From assembly GCA_904063045.1 (NCBI GenBank), contig CAJFCJ010000008.1:1302001-1366000 (forward strand): DNA of 64,000 nt, given 5' to 3'. Under the pieces are notes generated by a model that was given only the letters and a program-made list of their open reading frames with translations, was not told where the DNA came from and did not search any database. Of this stretch, positions 13,902-28,112 are shown one piece after another. Position 1 is the stretch's first letter; every line of letters begins with the position of its first letter. Origin of the DNA: Dimorphilus gyrociliatus. Lineage: Eukaryota > Animalia > Annelida. A program made the position numbers and the translations under genes.

Positions 13902-16560
13902 CTATCCAACAATAAATCCAGAAAATGTGGAATAATCATTTTTCAGTGCCGAGCCATCTTGAAGTTCAATCCACACTGTATCTTTCGGTTTGAGATATAA
14001 AACAACTGATTGAGAACCGCTTCCATAACCAGCTCTTCTATCGCAATGTATCGGATGCACATGATTATTGTTATGCATAATGTATGCATACGCATCACGG
14101 CCATCAAGAGCAACAAGGTGAACTGTAAAAAAGAAGGCACCACTGGTTTTCGAAACAAATTGCGAATTAGTTTCGTTCCAAAAAACGCCAACATTTGTTA
14201 AAACCTTTTCAAATTTTAAGGCCATGTTTTTGTCCGCTTGAATATTTTCGATTCTTACCACACTAAAAGCTACAGAGTCTAGTTTTCTCGGTAAGAAACC
14301 CATTGAATCTCCCTTTTCCCCTTTCAAACCTTTTCTACCAACTTCTCCTTTATCTCCTTTAGGCCCTGAAGTTGCAAAACAAGTCTGTATTTACTAAATA
14401 CTAAATGGTTTACGGAAATGCATAATCTGATATCTCCTAACAACATTTCATCTACTCTTAGGCATCATCTGTTTGTTCAACAGCTATAAAAAGGAGAAAA
14501 CTAAAAGTTCAATATGTATAAGCCATCACTATTCTCTACTCTCTACATAAAACAAATTTAAAAGTTTATTTAGAATTATGCAGTATTTTCCTTCATTCCG
14601 TTATATATAAATCCGTCACGACTTTCTTATTTTCTTATGTCTTAATGAGTTCAATGAGTCTATTATCATATTCATGATCTTGAAAGTAAATTTAATAGAC
14701 TTTTACCATTATTTCCCTTCGCTCCTTTCATACCATTAATACCGTTGTGACCATTTGCTCCAGGATGTCCATTCAATCCGGGTGCTCCAGGAGGACCGAT
14801 CGCGCATAAGCATTTATCTTTCAAATCTAAACTATTTATTGAAGTTATTGAAATCCAGAATAATAAAGCGAACACAGTTTCAATCTGTATAAAAAAAAAA
14901 AACAAAATACGATATCTTATTAATAGAAAGAGAAAAGTTAAGTGTATTTTACGAGAAAAAGAGAATATATCGACGAACCATAAAATGCATCCTCCCAATA
15001 AGAGTACTAAATGAAAACTAAAAACGACAATGGTAAGTTTATACTAATTATTTCAATGTGTATTTATTTGTTCGGTTTTTCTTTCTTTTTACATGAAAAA
15101 GAAAAGAAAATTTTCCATAGTCTTCTTATTTTTTTTTTCTTTTAATTTTTACGTTTAGAACAATTTCTGAAATACTTCAAATATGAATAAGAGGTATAAA
15201 ATAGATTATATACAAAAGAAAGTAAAAAATAAACTAACAATCCAAATAAAAAAACACGAACAATTTAGCGTGGGAGTGATCTGTTTAGAATAAATTCTAT
15301 TTATTTCTAATATTTTCTGAACAGTTAGGTCCGATATGCTATGTTATTGTCACTCGACCGTCGGAAACAGGAAATTAATTGGCTGTCGAAGAAAAATATG
15401 AAACCATCTATAAAACTTTAGCGTGAGATCACTACGGCTTGCAAGACTGCTGAGGAACCTTATTTTTGCTTCTTCCTCTGTCAAATTCTTTGTCTTATAA
15501 AAAGCTTTGATTAGAATTTTTCAATCTTCATTCCGGCTATCCACACCCGTGTCTACACAGGGGTAACTGTTTCTTTTTTTTTCAATCACCTTTAGTCCAA
15601 ATATTGCTGTTTTTATAAATACGAAATAGAATCAGATACATTTGAAGTAATAAGAGAATAAGTCTATAAATGTTAGCATGGGTTGCTTAGGTTTAAATTA
15701 CGAGTAATTTCCATAAAGCCCTTGCAGTTGGTTTTGCAAAATGTCTAAGTGGGAAGAAGGGATAACTTTGTACCAATATAGCTGGCAAATATGTTAAAAA
15801 ACAATTACAAAACAGAGTTAAATTTTTTTAATTGTTTCACAACAGCTTATTATTTCTCTAGAGGGTCTTCAAAGCGCCAAAAACAATCGAATTAACGACA
15901 AAATGCTAAACAATTAAATTTTGCTCCTTAAGGGGTTAAGTACAAGATGTAGCTTTTTTTATGAAAAGTGTAAGAGTTACACTTAAAATAGATAGTAGAT
16001 TACAAGACTTTCTTGTTATTGATAAAAACCATACTACTACTTAAAAGTAAAGACTTATTGTTCTTCTTAAACAATCAATCTAGATTGCACAAACCATAAC
16101 TACGAATAACAATTATATAATTTGGAGTTTTCTTATATACAGTATATAATATATATATATTTGCTTTTCAAGTAAAAAAATTAAGTAATCTTTATTCCAA
16201 TTTATTTGATAATATTCTTATCAACATATTAATCAATTCACACGCTTTAAAATAATAGATGGAGCTACAGAAAAACTGAACGATCGCCATCTTTAGGAAC
16301 TTTTTATTCTACCTCTTCGAGCATTAACCTTTAGGAAGAGTGAGTGTTAAAGCCAGTTAAATATAAAATAATATGCACAAGTGTTATTTATCCTGAAAAA
16401 ATATTAATATTTCTTAATAAATTGTTCAAATGGAAAAATGAGAATAAAGATGAAAAAGCTGCAAGTGTAATAAAAAGAACGTTAATTTACTTATAATTAT
16501 CTATTATAGCATTAAAAGTAAAAAAAAAGCATATTTTACCTTCTTTACTAGAAAAGACAT
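13902..16560 (-). CDS. Secreted collagen-C1q domain protein (C1q/C1QTNF-like), about 220 aa; exons 16540-16560 (tentative), 14707-14884, 13902-14365
   Basis: Gly-X-Y repeats (GPPGAPGLNGHPGANGHNGINGMKGAKGNNG|GPKGDKGEVGRKGLKGEKGD) are followed by a globular C1q domain (VAFSV..FEKVLTNVG..GAFFFTVHL..SGSQSVVLYLKPKDTVWIEL..YSTFSGF). The phase-1 intron 14366-14706 joins cleanly. The start exon MSFLVKK with an AAG|GTAAAA donor completes a plausible signal peptide but is less certain. Confidence 0.85.
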
Positions 16561-16896
16561 AATAAACCAAAAAATAAAAGACAAGATATAGTGTGAGTAA
16601 AATAAGAAATGTCTACATTTTTCTCTTTTCAACTAGGTCAAATATATAAAAAATGACCTAATAATAAAACTTTAGCATGTATTATATATATTCATATATA
16701 TATGTATACATATAAACATGTACAGTGGATGTTGTGCTTGCTAAAAAAGAAAAAAATGATATTAAGAAGTAATTATTTACGTGTTTACTTGAAAACGTGT
16801 CGTACGTTTCTTAATACTAGTATATACTGTTTGGAAGAGAAATAAAATTTTTCTTTTTAGCAGGTTGTTCTGTAGTAATCAGTGAATAATATACTG

Positions 16897-16931
<35 letters not shown>

Positions 16932-19102
16932 GTACTGGAGTATATACTCTATTCATTTTTTATATACAGCACTATAAATATTTCAGTTTTACTAATTGAA
17001 AAGAGTTTTGATGAACATTCTGTGTATGAATTGAAAAAAGAAATATATAAATATTTTAATAATTAAAAGTAAATGATGGATTTTTCAATCTTTTCTAACT
17101 AATATCATTTATCACTTTCTTTCTCTGACCTTTTAGAAAAAAGAATAGAGTCGATAGGTTTTTCTTTTTACGCTTTTTTCTTTCGTATATTACAATTTTT
17201 TGAAGGTATAAACAAAAAATATGATTTATGTCTTTTTTTTAACTTTCCTCATGTTCTTTCTTAACTTCTTTCCTATTTGGAGCATGAATAATTTTGACTT
17301 GTATTTCTTCTTTCTGTATTGTTTTACAGAATTTAACACGTTACTCAACTGCTTTTTTTAATGTGTTTTCATATTGAAAAGGATATTTTGTAATTTTAAC
17401 ACGTTTTAAAGAAAAATCAAATCAAATTTCTACATTTAAAGGTAAATATGTTAGTTCTTTCTATCCAATTTCAATTTTGGTCTTAGCACATTTTTTCTTA
17501 ACTCTGTGTAAAAAAATCACGTTCAAGGACTAAAGTATTATTGTAATAAATTATAGAGAAACTACGTAAAGAATCATCAGCAGTTTCCTTTTACTAATAA
17601 TAGTTTCAGACAGGCTTCGCTTCTACTTAAATAAGTACTTGAAGAAGATTTTTCATACACAAAAATGATTAGGAGACTAAATGATTACCAAACTGGAAAA
17701 AAATTTTACACTAAAGATTCATTGCAAAATCAATATCTTATTCCTTTTATATCTATGTAACAAAAAGTATATCTAATATAAAAAAATTTAAATAGAAAAT
17801 ACTATTTTATATGCAAAGATGCGTAATTAAATTAAGCTTAAATCTATAAAATCTATAAATATCATTTGTAATTTAATTATCGGTATAACATATAAAAATA
17901 GACAATAAATAGTATACAATAGACTCTTAACACTTATTTAAATTACTCTTTCAAAGCATTACAACTAGAAAAGAAATGGAAATAATATCTTACTTATAAT
18001 TAAAAATTTAAGAGAATAAATGGTAGAAAAAGAAACAATACATAATAAAATGAAATTTATATTCAAACAAAAAGTTGCTTCAATATATAAATAATTAAAT
18101 AAGTATTGCTTATGTATCCTATCTAAGCTATGAATAGTATTCGAATCAATCTTTGATATATTGTCTTCTGTTAGTTTATTTTTTTTTAAGTATTTAAGTA
18201 TCTCATTGAAAATCTATTATTATTCTTTTTACTTTTCAAGTATTTCATTTAAACTTATGACAAGACACTAGTTTAAGCCAATAATAAAAATATATACGTT
18301 ATATAAGTCATATACAGTATATAGCTTTTGAGAAAATTGTCTAATATATATAAATATAACTGAGTATTTTAAGCACTACTAGAACTTTGGTGATGTGATA
18401 AAAGTTTAAAATGATTTTCCTGTTTGTACGGATTATTTAACAAATGCATAATCATTATAACATATTCATGTGGAAAATTATCATCTATTAGAAAGTTAAA
18501 AGAGCGAACTGCAAATGTAGACAATGTATATTTCCAGTGTATAGCTTACTTTAAATCTTTTACGTAAAATGCATGTAAAGTTTCTTTCCCCATCTGGAAT
18601 TATTTAGTTATTATCTATTATACTAATATATATATATGTATGTATTCGACTTGTATAAAGTACGAGTGACAAGTTCAACATTAGTTTATATTAAAATTTG
18701 AATATTCTGAATATTTTTTTATTGAGACTCGGATCAGTTTAAACAGTAATATATGAAATTTGAATGAACACTCTAACCTTAGTTTAATAATAGCAATGAT
18801 ATATGCTTATACAAATAACAATTCTTTTTCTTACCAATATCAGAAAAAGACTTATTATATTTGTTATATTAATCTCCCAGCGTAAAATGAAGAAAAAATA
18901 TGATTGTACTCAATGTTAATATATATAATTAATATACATTGAAAACTTCTCCTTCTTATCTTAATCCCTGAACATCTCGGAAGTATTAACAATAAGGCTA
19001 CAGCCGTCTTTCGTCTCACACTTATATCATTGGTTAAAAAAGGGCACGTGATACGCATTATGTAAACCGAGCAAAATTTCTGTTTTGCAGTTCGACAGTC
19101 GA

Positions 19103-22100
19103 ATGATGGAGGGACTAGAGGGACTGCTAATAAGCAATGAAAGTTATCCTGGACCAAGGAGGGGACCGTTTGTTTTTACTGACTACATGAAGATAATTGG
19201 CTACAGCTTACTAATATTGGCTTCGTTGATGGGTAACATCTTGGTTATTATAATTGTTTTGGTAAATAAGGTAATTTCAAATACAATTTTTATTATTTTT
19301 AGGACTGTAGCAACACATTTAGAATCGTTTGCCTTTATTATTTGCAAAGAGACACGTTCTCGAGATTCAATGAAATTAACTTCTTATACAAATTTTCCAC
19401 AATATATCTGTGTAGACCATTTATTTGATCAAATAGTTTCATTTTCGCTCATCAAACATATCAAACTTTTTTCCCCTCCAACGTCTGTTTTTTTTTATTT
19501 ACATATTTATTGAGTCTTTTTTCTCTTTGAACAAGCAAACTCAATTCTTCTAAACATACTCCTTTGCCTTTATTTTATTGTGGCAATTATTATTACTGAC
19601 CCTTTTCCTATTCTATTATCTGAATATGCTTATACATTAGTTGATGGCACTTATCTAATATATGTCTGTAAGGTTTTAAATGTTCACTATAACTCTGAAG
19701 AAAGTTAAAATAGAGTGATTATCAATGAAATAATTCATTTGAGAGTAGGTTTCGCAAAATGTGTCGAGTAGATATTTTTATGTGATGTATATTTAACTAT
19801 TAAGGGTCTCAACCGGGAGAATTTTAGCTACTAAAAATCTAAAATTATTAGAAATGCAAGTATCATACACATACAAATACATACAAGCACGCTTAAAATA
19901 AGTAAAACAAATTATTCATATTTGATGTTTCTTTTCTATTTTTCTATTTTCATTAAAAGTATTTACAATGGCGTGAAAAAGAGAAACGTATCTGGTTAGT
20001 CTAAAAATATATGATTTTTGAGAATGTAAATCTATTTAAAAAAGACTGGAAATAGCTACCTATAATGTTATTTTAGTACTGTATTTAGTTAATTATTTAT
20101 CAATTATCTCCCCCCAAATGTTAATAAAGAAAACATTTAAAAAAATTACAGTATAACTTATAAAACTATCACGTTTATCAAAATAACAACTCCATCAGAC
20201 CTGAAATTACAAGCGGTAAATCAAATCAAAGATAACGCAATGAGTTTGTTTAAACTATTTGTGGAATCCTGAGAAAATGTTTCCCTTTTACATTGATAAA
20301 ATACTATAATAAATTAGTTCAATATGCTCCAGAAAAATAATTTATGTATTATTATGAAAAAGCTATGCGATATGGTGTATTGAATATTTTATTAAATACC
20401 ATATGTACAATAGATAATTTATTTCATCTTGTTCATATTAATAATAAATTATCTCAAGTTTTCTTTGCCTTAAAACTTATGTCTAATAGTTTTTCTTATT
20501 TGATCTTAAACAAAAAATGCTAAAAATATTAACTTTTTACTAAGAATAAATAAAAAGAAAAGAGAAACCAAAGAATTGCCAATAGCAAAAAATTTTACTT
20601 TCTTTTCATTCTTTATCTGTCTAGTATGAAAGACGTGCATTAAGATGTATATTTTTTATCCATTCTTTTTACTATGCGCGATTCTATTTCAAACAATTGC
20701 ATCTTTTTTGTTCAATAAATACATGTACGTGTATCATACGCAGAGCCTAGACATGAAATTCTGTTTTGCACCTTATACCTTTATTAACTTGTACAATATT
20801 TCTTTCCAAATAAGTAATATAATACATTTTTGTAAAAGAATCTTCGGCTCGTATTAGACTTGACTCTTGAAAGTTTAGCTATAAAAATTTTTGTAATAAT
20901 AGAACCTTTAAAAATATCTATTATATTGCAAGTAAATAACAATACAACGTTAATATGAATTGTTTATTGGAAGACAATGAAATGCCTTTATATTCTTTTT
21001 ACAGTGTTGATACAAATACCCATCAACAATTTACATAATCCTCAATTTTTGCCTTAATTAAAATCTCTTTTCTTACTGATTTCAAAGAAAAATGGGTATT
21101 ATTTATAAAGTACTTTAATAACTTAAGACACACTTTGCTCTTGATGTAATACCTCTGCAAGAGAAGGCAGGTCGTATGCGAAAAGGAGCAATAGAGAATG
21201 AAATCTTAAGACTGACTAATTATATAACACCAAAAATACCTATTATTGGGACTTGATATCGAAATTTTTATTCTCTTCGAAGTCTTTGAAAAGAAGATTG
21301 ATTAATTCGACCGTGAAATGAACTTGTATCTCTTTGCCGGCCCATTGATTACTATCGAGACAAGGGTTGACCAAAATTGATCTCAAACAGGCACAAAAAT
21401 CTTCTAATTACTTACTAACAAATAAATAATTAAAATATAGAGTTTCCGTATTTTTAGCACGATAATAACTAATAAGCTAACTTCTGTCTTTTAATTCTCC
21501 CAATCAGGAAAACATTTATCTTATCTTTTCAGGCAAAACGTATTCATTACAAAGAAATTTCTGTTTTAATTTTAATTAATCAATATTTCTTCATCATCTC
21601 TGAAGATGTACAAGGCATATTGAGGTACTTCTTTATTTCTTCCTTAATTTAGAAAACAATTCTGATAGTATCTTCTTCAGGAAAGAGAAATAAATTCTGG
21701 TTTAACAAAAATTCATATATTTTACAAACTAAATGCTCTTATATATTCAATAAATCTCACTACATAATTGTCGAGTAATGAACTTATCATGAAAAGAAGA
21801 GAAAAGTTTTTACTATTCCTACAAATTCTTCTCTGTTCACAGTTATTTATATTTCTTTGCTGAAACTGAGTCTCTATTGTACACTCTCTTTTTAGCAGTT
21901 TTCACTATTTTTTCAGTCTCTCATGCATTTCTAGACGCTGTAAGAAGAGTGTTTGTTATGCTTTTGTCTAGCTACTATTGTAATAATGATGGTAAATTAT
22001 TTTGAAAATGAATATTTACAACTTTTACCTGTTTTCCCTTTATCATCCTCATCCACAATGAAATTAACTTTTGTAAAAGGGCAAGCCAAATTAGACTTTC

Positions 22101-25100
22101 TTTATTTTTTATTTTGTTATGTCCCAGAGAGCAGAACGGTGGAAATTACTCACACTTGTATAATATCAAATTATATACAATATATATAAATAATTATTTT
22201 ATTAACTTAACTAGTTATACAAGTAATGATTTTAAACAATTTGGTGCCAAAAACTATATAAAAGAGAGATAGGGAAGTGAAAATTTATACTAACAAACTA
22301 AATCTTGTGACTGGTCGTTAACTCAAAGATTTCTCTTTTGACTACCCCATGGGAAATCCACAAATGACCTTGATTTTTACAGGAAATCGTGCTAAAAAGG
22401 ACAATTTGATACGACTAATCAAGAAAATTCGTCTTAGAATAATAAACTTGACAATAAACAAAGCCGTTTGGTTAAACAAAGCTTATTTATAAATAGGTAA
22501 ATGCTATCACATTTCAGTAAATGATAGATATTGATAGTTAGAATTGAAAATTATCTCAGAATCAGAAACTTTTGGGAAAGATATTTTGACTAAAGTTCAG
22601 TCACATAATATGACAGCCACTAATTGGTTTCTCATTTTCTAATTAAGATCCCTAACAGGAAAACAAAACATAAGAAAGTGACAGAAAATATATATTACAT
22701 TATGTTTTATATTAAAATATATATTCAGAGTTTTTTTTTATTGAAATATAAGTGCAAATTAATAATGATCCCTTTTAGAATAGTAGAAAATAAACGTATA
22801 TATATATACATATATTAAAATTTTAGGAAGTGCTTTCCTTGACTATTACTTTTACTAAATTATTTAAAATTAATCAGTGCTAATTTGTACTTATTATAAG
22901 CATGAACTACGTTGTGCCATAGCTCTCTTTTCCAAATGAAAACTTGCGTGCAGCCTAAGAATAACATCATTGACGATTTTAATACCGATATTAGAATATA
23001 TGCCCGCAAGAACATATTATATCAAATTTGATATTTTGGAATATTTTTATTCATTTCCAAAGGTAATTTGATGTCCAAAGAGTTGAATAGCATTTCCCTA
23101 TTTGCGTGTGTATTATGACTATGTGTATGTTGCTTTTGTAATCTCTAAAGGTAACTTAACAAGTGTGAAAAAAAGCAAGAAAACTTTCTTGTATTTCTTT
23201 GAAAAGATGATAGTGTGAAGACTAAATGAAAAAATAAAGTTTTGAGCAAATGCACGGTCTTTTTTTCCTTTATTTTTTACCAAAAAGAAAAGTAAAAAGA
23301 AAAATTTAAGGCCCTTTCTTCTCTGACTATTTCAGTAATTATTTATACTCGTTTAGTTTATTTTTATAACCTTTTGGATGGTCTGATAGTTATTTCAGAT
23401 TGATATCAAATATAATAACGTATATGCATTAAAAAGTCTATATTTGCTCTATTAATTACTTTCAGAGAATGAGGACAGCCACCAACTATCATCTTGTAAA
23501 TTTAAGCGTGGCGGATCTTCTAGTGGTACTCTCAGCTACTTGGGTTCATCTTGTACAACAGCTTTCTGATAGTAGAAATTACTGGCCTTTGGGAGCAGTT
23601 TTCTGTAAAGTAAATAGCTGTTCGCAAGGTAAGAAGTTGTTTATTTGCTTGTATATTTCCCGTATATGTAACGTATAAACTTTTTAAATGAGATAGTGTT
23701 TACGCATCAGAATGTATCTCTAAAGTTAATTATTTTCAGTCAAGTAGACTTGAAAGCTATAAATTCTATAGATATTAAAACCAAGAGGGAAAATTTTATA
23801 ATGAACCTAATTACTTTACTTTCCAACAGGGAGACATATATTTTAGCAAAAACTTATGCTCTACAATTATCATTTACCTCAAATAGAACCTAAAATTTTC
23901 TTATATAAAGAAAAAACAGACTTTTCAGGTCATATTATGAATAAGTTTTAACAAGTAACAGCCTTTTGAGTGACGTGAAGACAAAATAAAAAGTATTATA
24001 CATGTACTGAAGTAGTATTGCTTATAGAAGTTATCAGGTATATAACAGTATATGCATTTATCAAGGTAGTGAAACATATCGACAAACAATAATAAATTGA
24101 AATATGTAGGAAGCACATTAAAATAATACATAAGAACTTCAATGAAATTGCTATATATTATGGAAAAGGAAAGCAAGAAAACAGTAGGCAGAGAAAGAGA
24201 GCCTATCTATATATTATATGCAAATGCGTTTCTATGTGTGTGTGTGCAAAGGAAAGAGAGAGAGAGAAAGAGAGTGAAAAAGTAAACCAATTTTATCTTA
24301 GTCATAATAAGACCGAATATATAGCACTGACTATTATTGAATAATTTTATAAAATATATGCTTTATTGTTCGTTTTCAAAATAAATCAGTTTCTTTCTAA
24401 AAAATTCAATTATGAAAACATATAAAACATAAATTCTGTATATCCTACCTGTATTTAACTTGAGACAACTAGGCGTAAACCTATTTAATGTTCAGTAAAG
24501 TGGATTCTAGCGGAACCAATAATGTGTTAGGAGTACGGAAACTAGATTTCCATATCATTAATCAGAATTTATTAGCTGTAAATAACTCACTTTAAAATTT
24601 TAATGGGTAAAAAAGATGGTAACATATATATTAATATTATACAGGTATAATACTTTCGGTACATATAAATTTTATAAATATGTGATCTATATGATTAGAT
24701 ATACAATACATTCATCTAATATAAATATGCTTATTTTATAGAAAGATGTTAATCTATTATCATTTATTTATTTAAATAATTGTTTTCTTGATTGATTTTA
24801 CAATTTGTTTATACAACAACACTGATTATTAATTTTGTTTTAGTTGGTAAATCTATTTGGGCATGGAAACTAAAAACTCTGCATTAGCTGGAAGCAAGAG
24901 TTTCTGATAACTTTTTTTATATTATTAACTAAGAGAACGAGAACGGAATACATAACAAATTGCATAACAACATCTATTTATATATTTAAACTTTAGTAAT
25001 TCTTTCCTCTGCCTCATTCATTATCAGATATCTAATCTCAAAAAAATAATTAAAAACTTAAAACAAGTAAACTGGCTTGCGATATATTTTCATATAAATA

Positions 25101-27985
25101 ATCCTAGAAAATCCTCTTTATGACCAGTGCAAGCTAAACGATTTTGTTACCGAAATTTGAAGATAGTATACAATATATGAAGTCGATCTAATCCCTTAAA
25201 TTAAAAGCAAGTATAAACAAAGAGAAGGGAAAACATTTCTCTTTGATATCTGGTAAGATATTTCAAGTTATCACAAGACTCGTTTTTAGTCAGGTGTTAA
25301 ACTCTGAAAAAAATAGGAGACGTTGACCTATATGTATATAGATTTATTTAAGATTCCTAGTGATATAATATTTCGAAGGATGCTTGTTTTTTTCTTCTTC
25401 CGTATCCGCTATAGTTTACTATGCTATCTGGAAGAAAAAGCATGTGTAAGACGGATGACTTAAGACTAAGCCGTTAAATAAATGTCACATTATTTAATCG
25501 GAAGTGTTTATAAATGAATAAAAAGGGCAAACCTGATCAATAGAGTATCGTACTAGTATAATAATTTGAAATGATAAATTTTGAAATATATATATATATA
25601 TATACAGTATATATATATATTTCGCTATAATATATGTATTTAAGTATTTCAAACTTGTATTTTATATACCCAATATCGATTTAAATAAAATAAAATTGGC
25701 TAATTTACTATGAATAATTATAGCATGTATAAAGTTCAATGCCTTTACGGTTGACGTTTTTCAATTATATGAATTTATCTGTACAGTTATCTGATTAAGA
25801 CAAATTGACGGACTGAAAAATGAGGATAAAAAGTATATATATAAATAATTATTTTGTCACACAAAAATAGTTTGTATGTGCAAATATTCACTAAATATAA
25901 ATTAAACATAAATTATACAGTTTACTGTATATAGTAAATATTATATTTTAGTAGTTTGTACTTAAATACTGAACGAGAAAGCGAAGAGAGAATCAATCTT
26001 ATGCTTCAAATTTCATCTAAAAATGTTTTTTCCGTATAAAATTTAATTAAAAAAACAGTCATGTCTCCTAATATCGTCTACAAAACTAAGTTTTCAACAG
26101 TTGATCTTTCAAAAGTAGATGCTGGAAGAGTAAAATAATAAAATAATAAATTGATTGATAAAACATTTATTCATTATAGTATTTTTTTTTATTTCTTTTG
26201 TCTGTATCTGTCTATCCATTTTCTATATTTCCTTTATACTATAAATAAGATAATAAGATAATAATGGTATAAGATAAATAAAATACTGTCTATATGCTTC
26301 TTTTGAAATAATTAAAACATAATTGATTTTATTAACTTTTTTTCAAATAGTATCACCAGTTTTGTACATTTGCCTATAATTTCCTTGTATATTATTTCAC
26401 TATTTGTTATAAGTACGAATCGTTATCCACCGTATTTCATTAACTAGGGGCTTTTGCTTTGTAAATTACATACTTTTATAAATAGTGTCGTTTTCTTTCA
26501 ATGCTATCAAGAAGCGGAAATTATTTAGTCAGCCAGTTACTAGTCAATTATAAGTTTCTAATTAGTTACTGGTCAATAAGAAATTGTCTATATTTTATTA
26601 GAATATAATAAATTAATCTAGGGCTGAGATTTTTAGTATAAGTAGTTCATAAATCACTTCTATATTTTATGTGAGAAAAGTCATAAGAAATGAATAAAAT
26701 AATAAGTAATTTATTACATTTAACCTTCGGAGGAAAAATAAACAGTTTTTAAAGGGAAATAAATGATACACAGAATATTATCTAAAGGCTGTTGACATGG
26801 GACTGACATATTGCATGTTTATAGGATATTTCTTTTATCTTTCTCCTTTTTGTTCATAGAGATGCAAAAATAACAGATATATTGTGCTTTTTTTATAAGG
26901 TTAATGGTTTGTATGCACTAATCTAATATTATAAATTACAGTTTTATCTATGGTAGCGAGTACACTAACTCTACTCTTAATTTCCTGCGATCGTTTCTTT
27001 GGAATTGTGTTTGCTATCCGGGCACGGATGACGGCTCGAAGGGCAAGATATTCTTTAGGTTTCGTTTGGTTGGCTGCTTCTACCGTGGCCACACCATTAA
27101 TATTCTATCAAAAATATAGAGAAAATAAATGGAAAGACTATACAGAAAAATATTGCTCCGGCGATTGGCCAAGCGTTACTGTTCAAGAAGGCAACAACAC
27201 TATTATATATTTTCCTTGCAGAACAGCCTATTTCACAATCGTATCCGGAGCACTTTTCTTTGCTCCTTTAGCAATTATGGCGCCAGCCTACGGCGCTATT
27301 TCCTGTAAGCTCTGTAAGGCATCACAACCCGGCGAAAGGGTGAGTGCTGATCTGAATAACCAAAGGAAAAAGACTAGAAAAGTCATAACCATGTTGGTTG
27401 TATTAATAGTCGTTTTTGCTGTATGCTGGGGTCCCTTACAGGTATGGACGAAAGAATATCAGTAAAATAAAAAAGATTAATGTCCTCAAACGATCCATAT
27501 CGACGTGATGGTAAAGTAAACAATATATAAGTTTTCGAATCAATAGTTTAAGAATGAATTAAGAGTAGGAAAAAAGTGAATTGTTTGAATAACATGTAGA
27601 TAAATAAGAGATTTTTCATAGTTATTGTATTCTTTCGTCCATTCTTTCACAATCTCAATAGGCTTGTATACTGTACGATCAATATTGGCATAATTCAATC
27701 AACCAGTTACCTGATTGGTTTCATACTTTGCAATTTTGGTCAAAAATTGGAGCCTTCCTTAATAGCGCTTTAAACCCACTGATATATGCTGGCTTTAACA
27801 ATAACTTCAAGATTGGCTTCTACGCTCTCTTCTCCACAGGAAAGTCAAACTACGGATACACAACAGCGAAATTCAGAAGAGAATCTTCCGAAGTTACAGC
27901 TACCACTAAATTAGCCCCAGGCCATTCCCAAGCGTATCCGCTAACGCTTTTAAACAAAAATAAAAAAGACAAACTACTGTTGTGA
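19103..27985 (+). CDS. Class A neuropeptide-type GPCR (NPFF/QRFP/tachykinin-like superclade; ligand unknown), about 384 aa; exons 19103-19270, 23466-23628, 26942-27441, 27662-27985
   Basis: Seven TM segments with canonical motifs: GNILVII (TM1), RMRTATNYHLVNLSVAD (TM2), WPLGAVFCK, CDRF (DRY variant), CWGP (TM6), NSALNPLIY (TM7). All introns are GT-AG and frame-consistent (1155 nt total). An acceptor-like site at 19089-19090 hints at a further upstream exon. Confidence 0.9.
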
Positions 27986-28084
27986 AACTGAGTATCTTAT
28001 TTTTCTATGTTGTCCTTTATTTGGAATTGAAAGCGAAATATCGTTTTATTGAACTGTACTAGGCCTTTTTTTACGTCAGTTGCT

Positions 28085-28090
28085 AATAAA
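28085..28090 (+). terminator. Candidate AATAAA polyadenylation signal for the neuropeptide GPCR
   Basis: First AATAAA after the GPCR stop at 27985; it lies 23 nt before the ATG of the Mab-21-like ORF. Weak evidence in AT-rich DNA. Confidence 0.3.
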
Positions 28091-28112
28091 CTCATAACAT
28101 TCACTACCGAAA

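Noticed and set aside
13943-14201. Short ORFs overlapping the C1q exon
   Set aside because: Alternative-frame or antisense shadows of the real coding exon.
14953-14990. Alternative C1q start exon MHFMVRRYILFF with a donor at 14952
   Set aside because: It ends in phase 2, whereas the downstream exon at 14884 needs phase 0.
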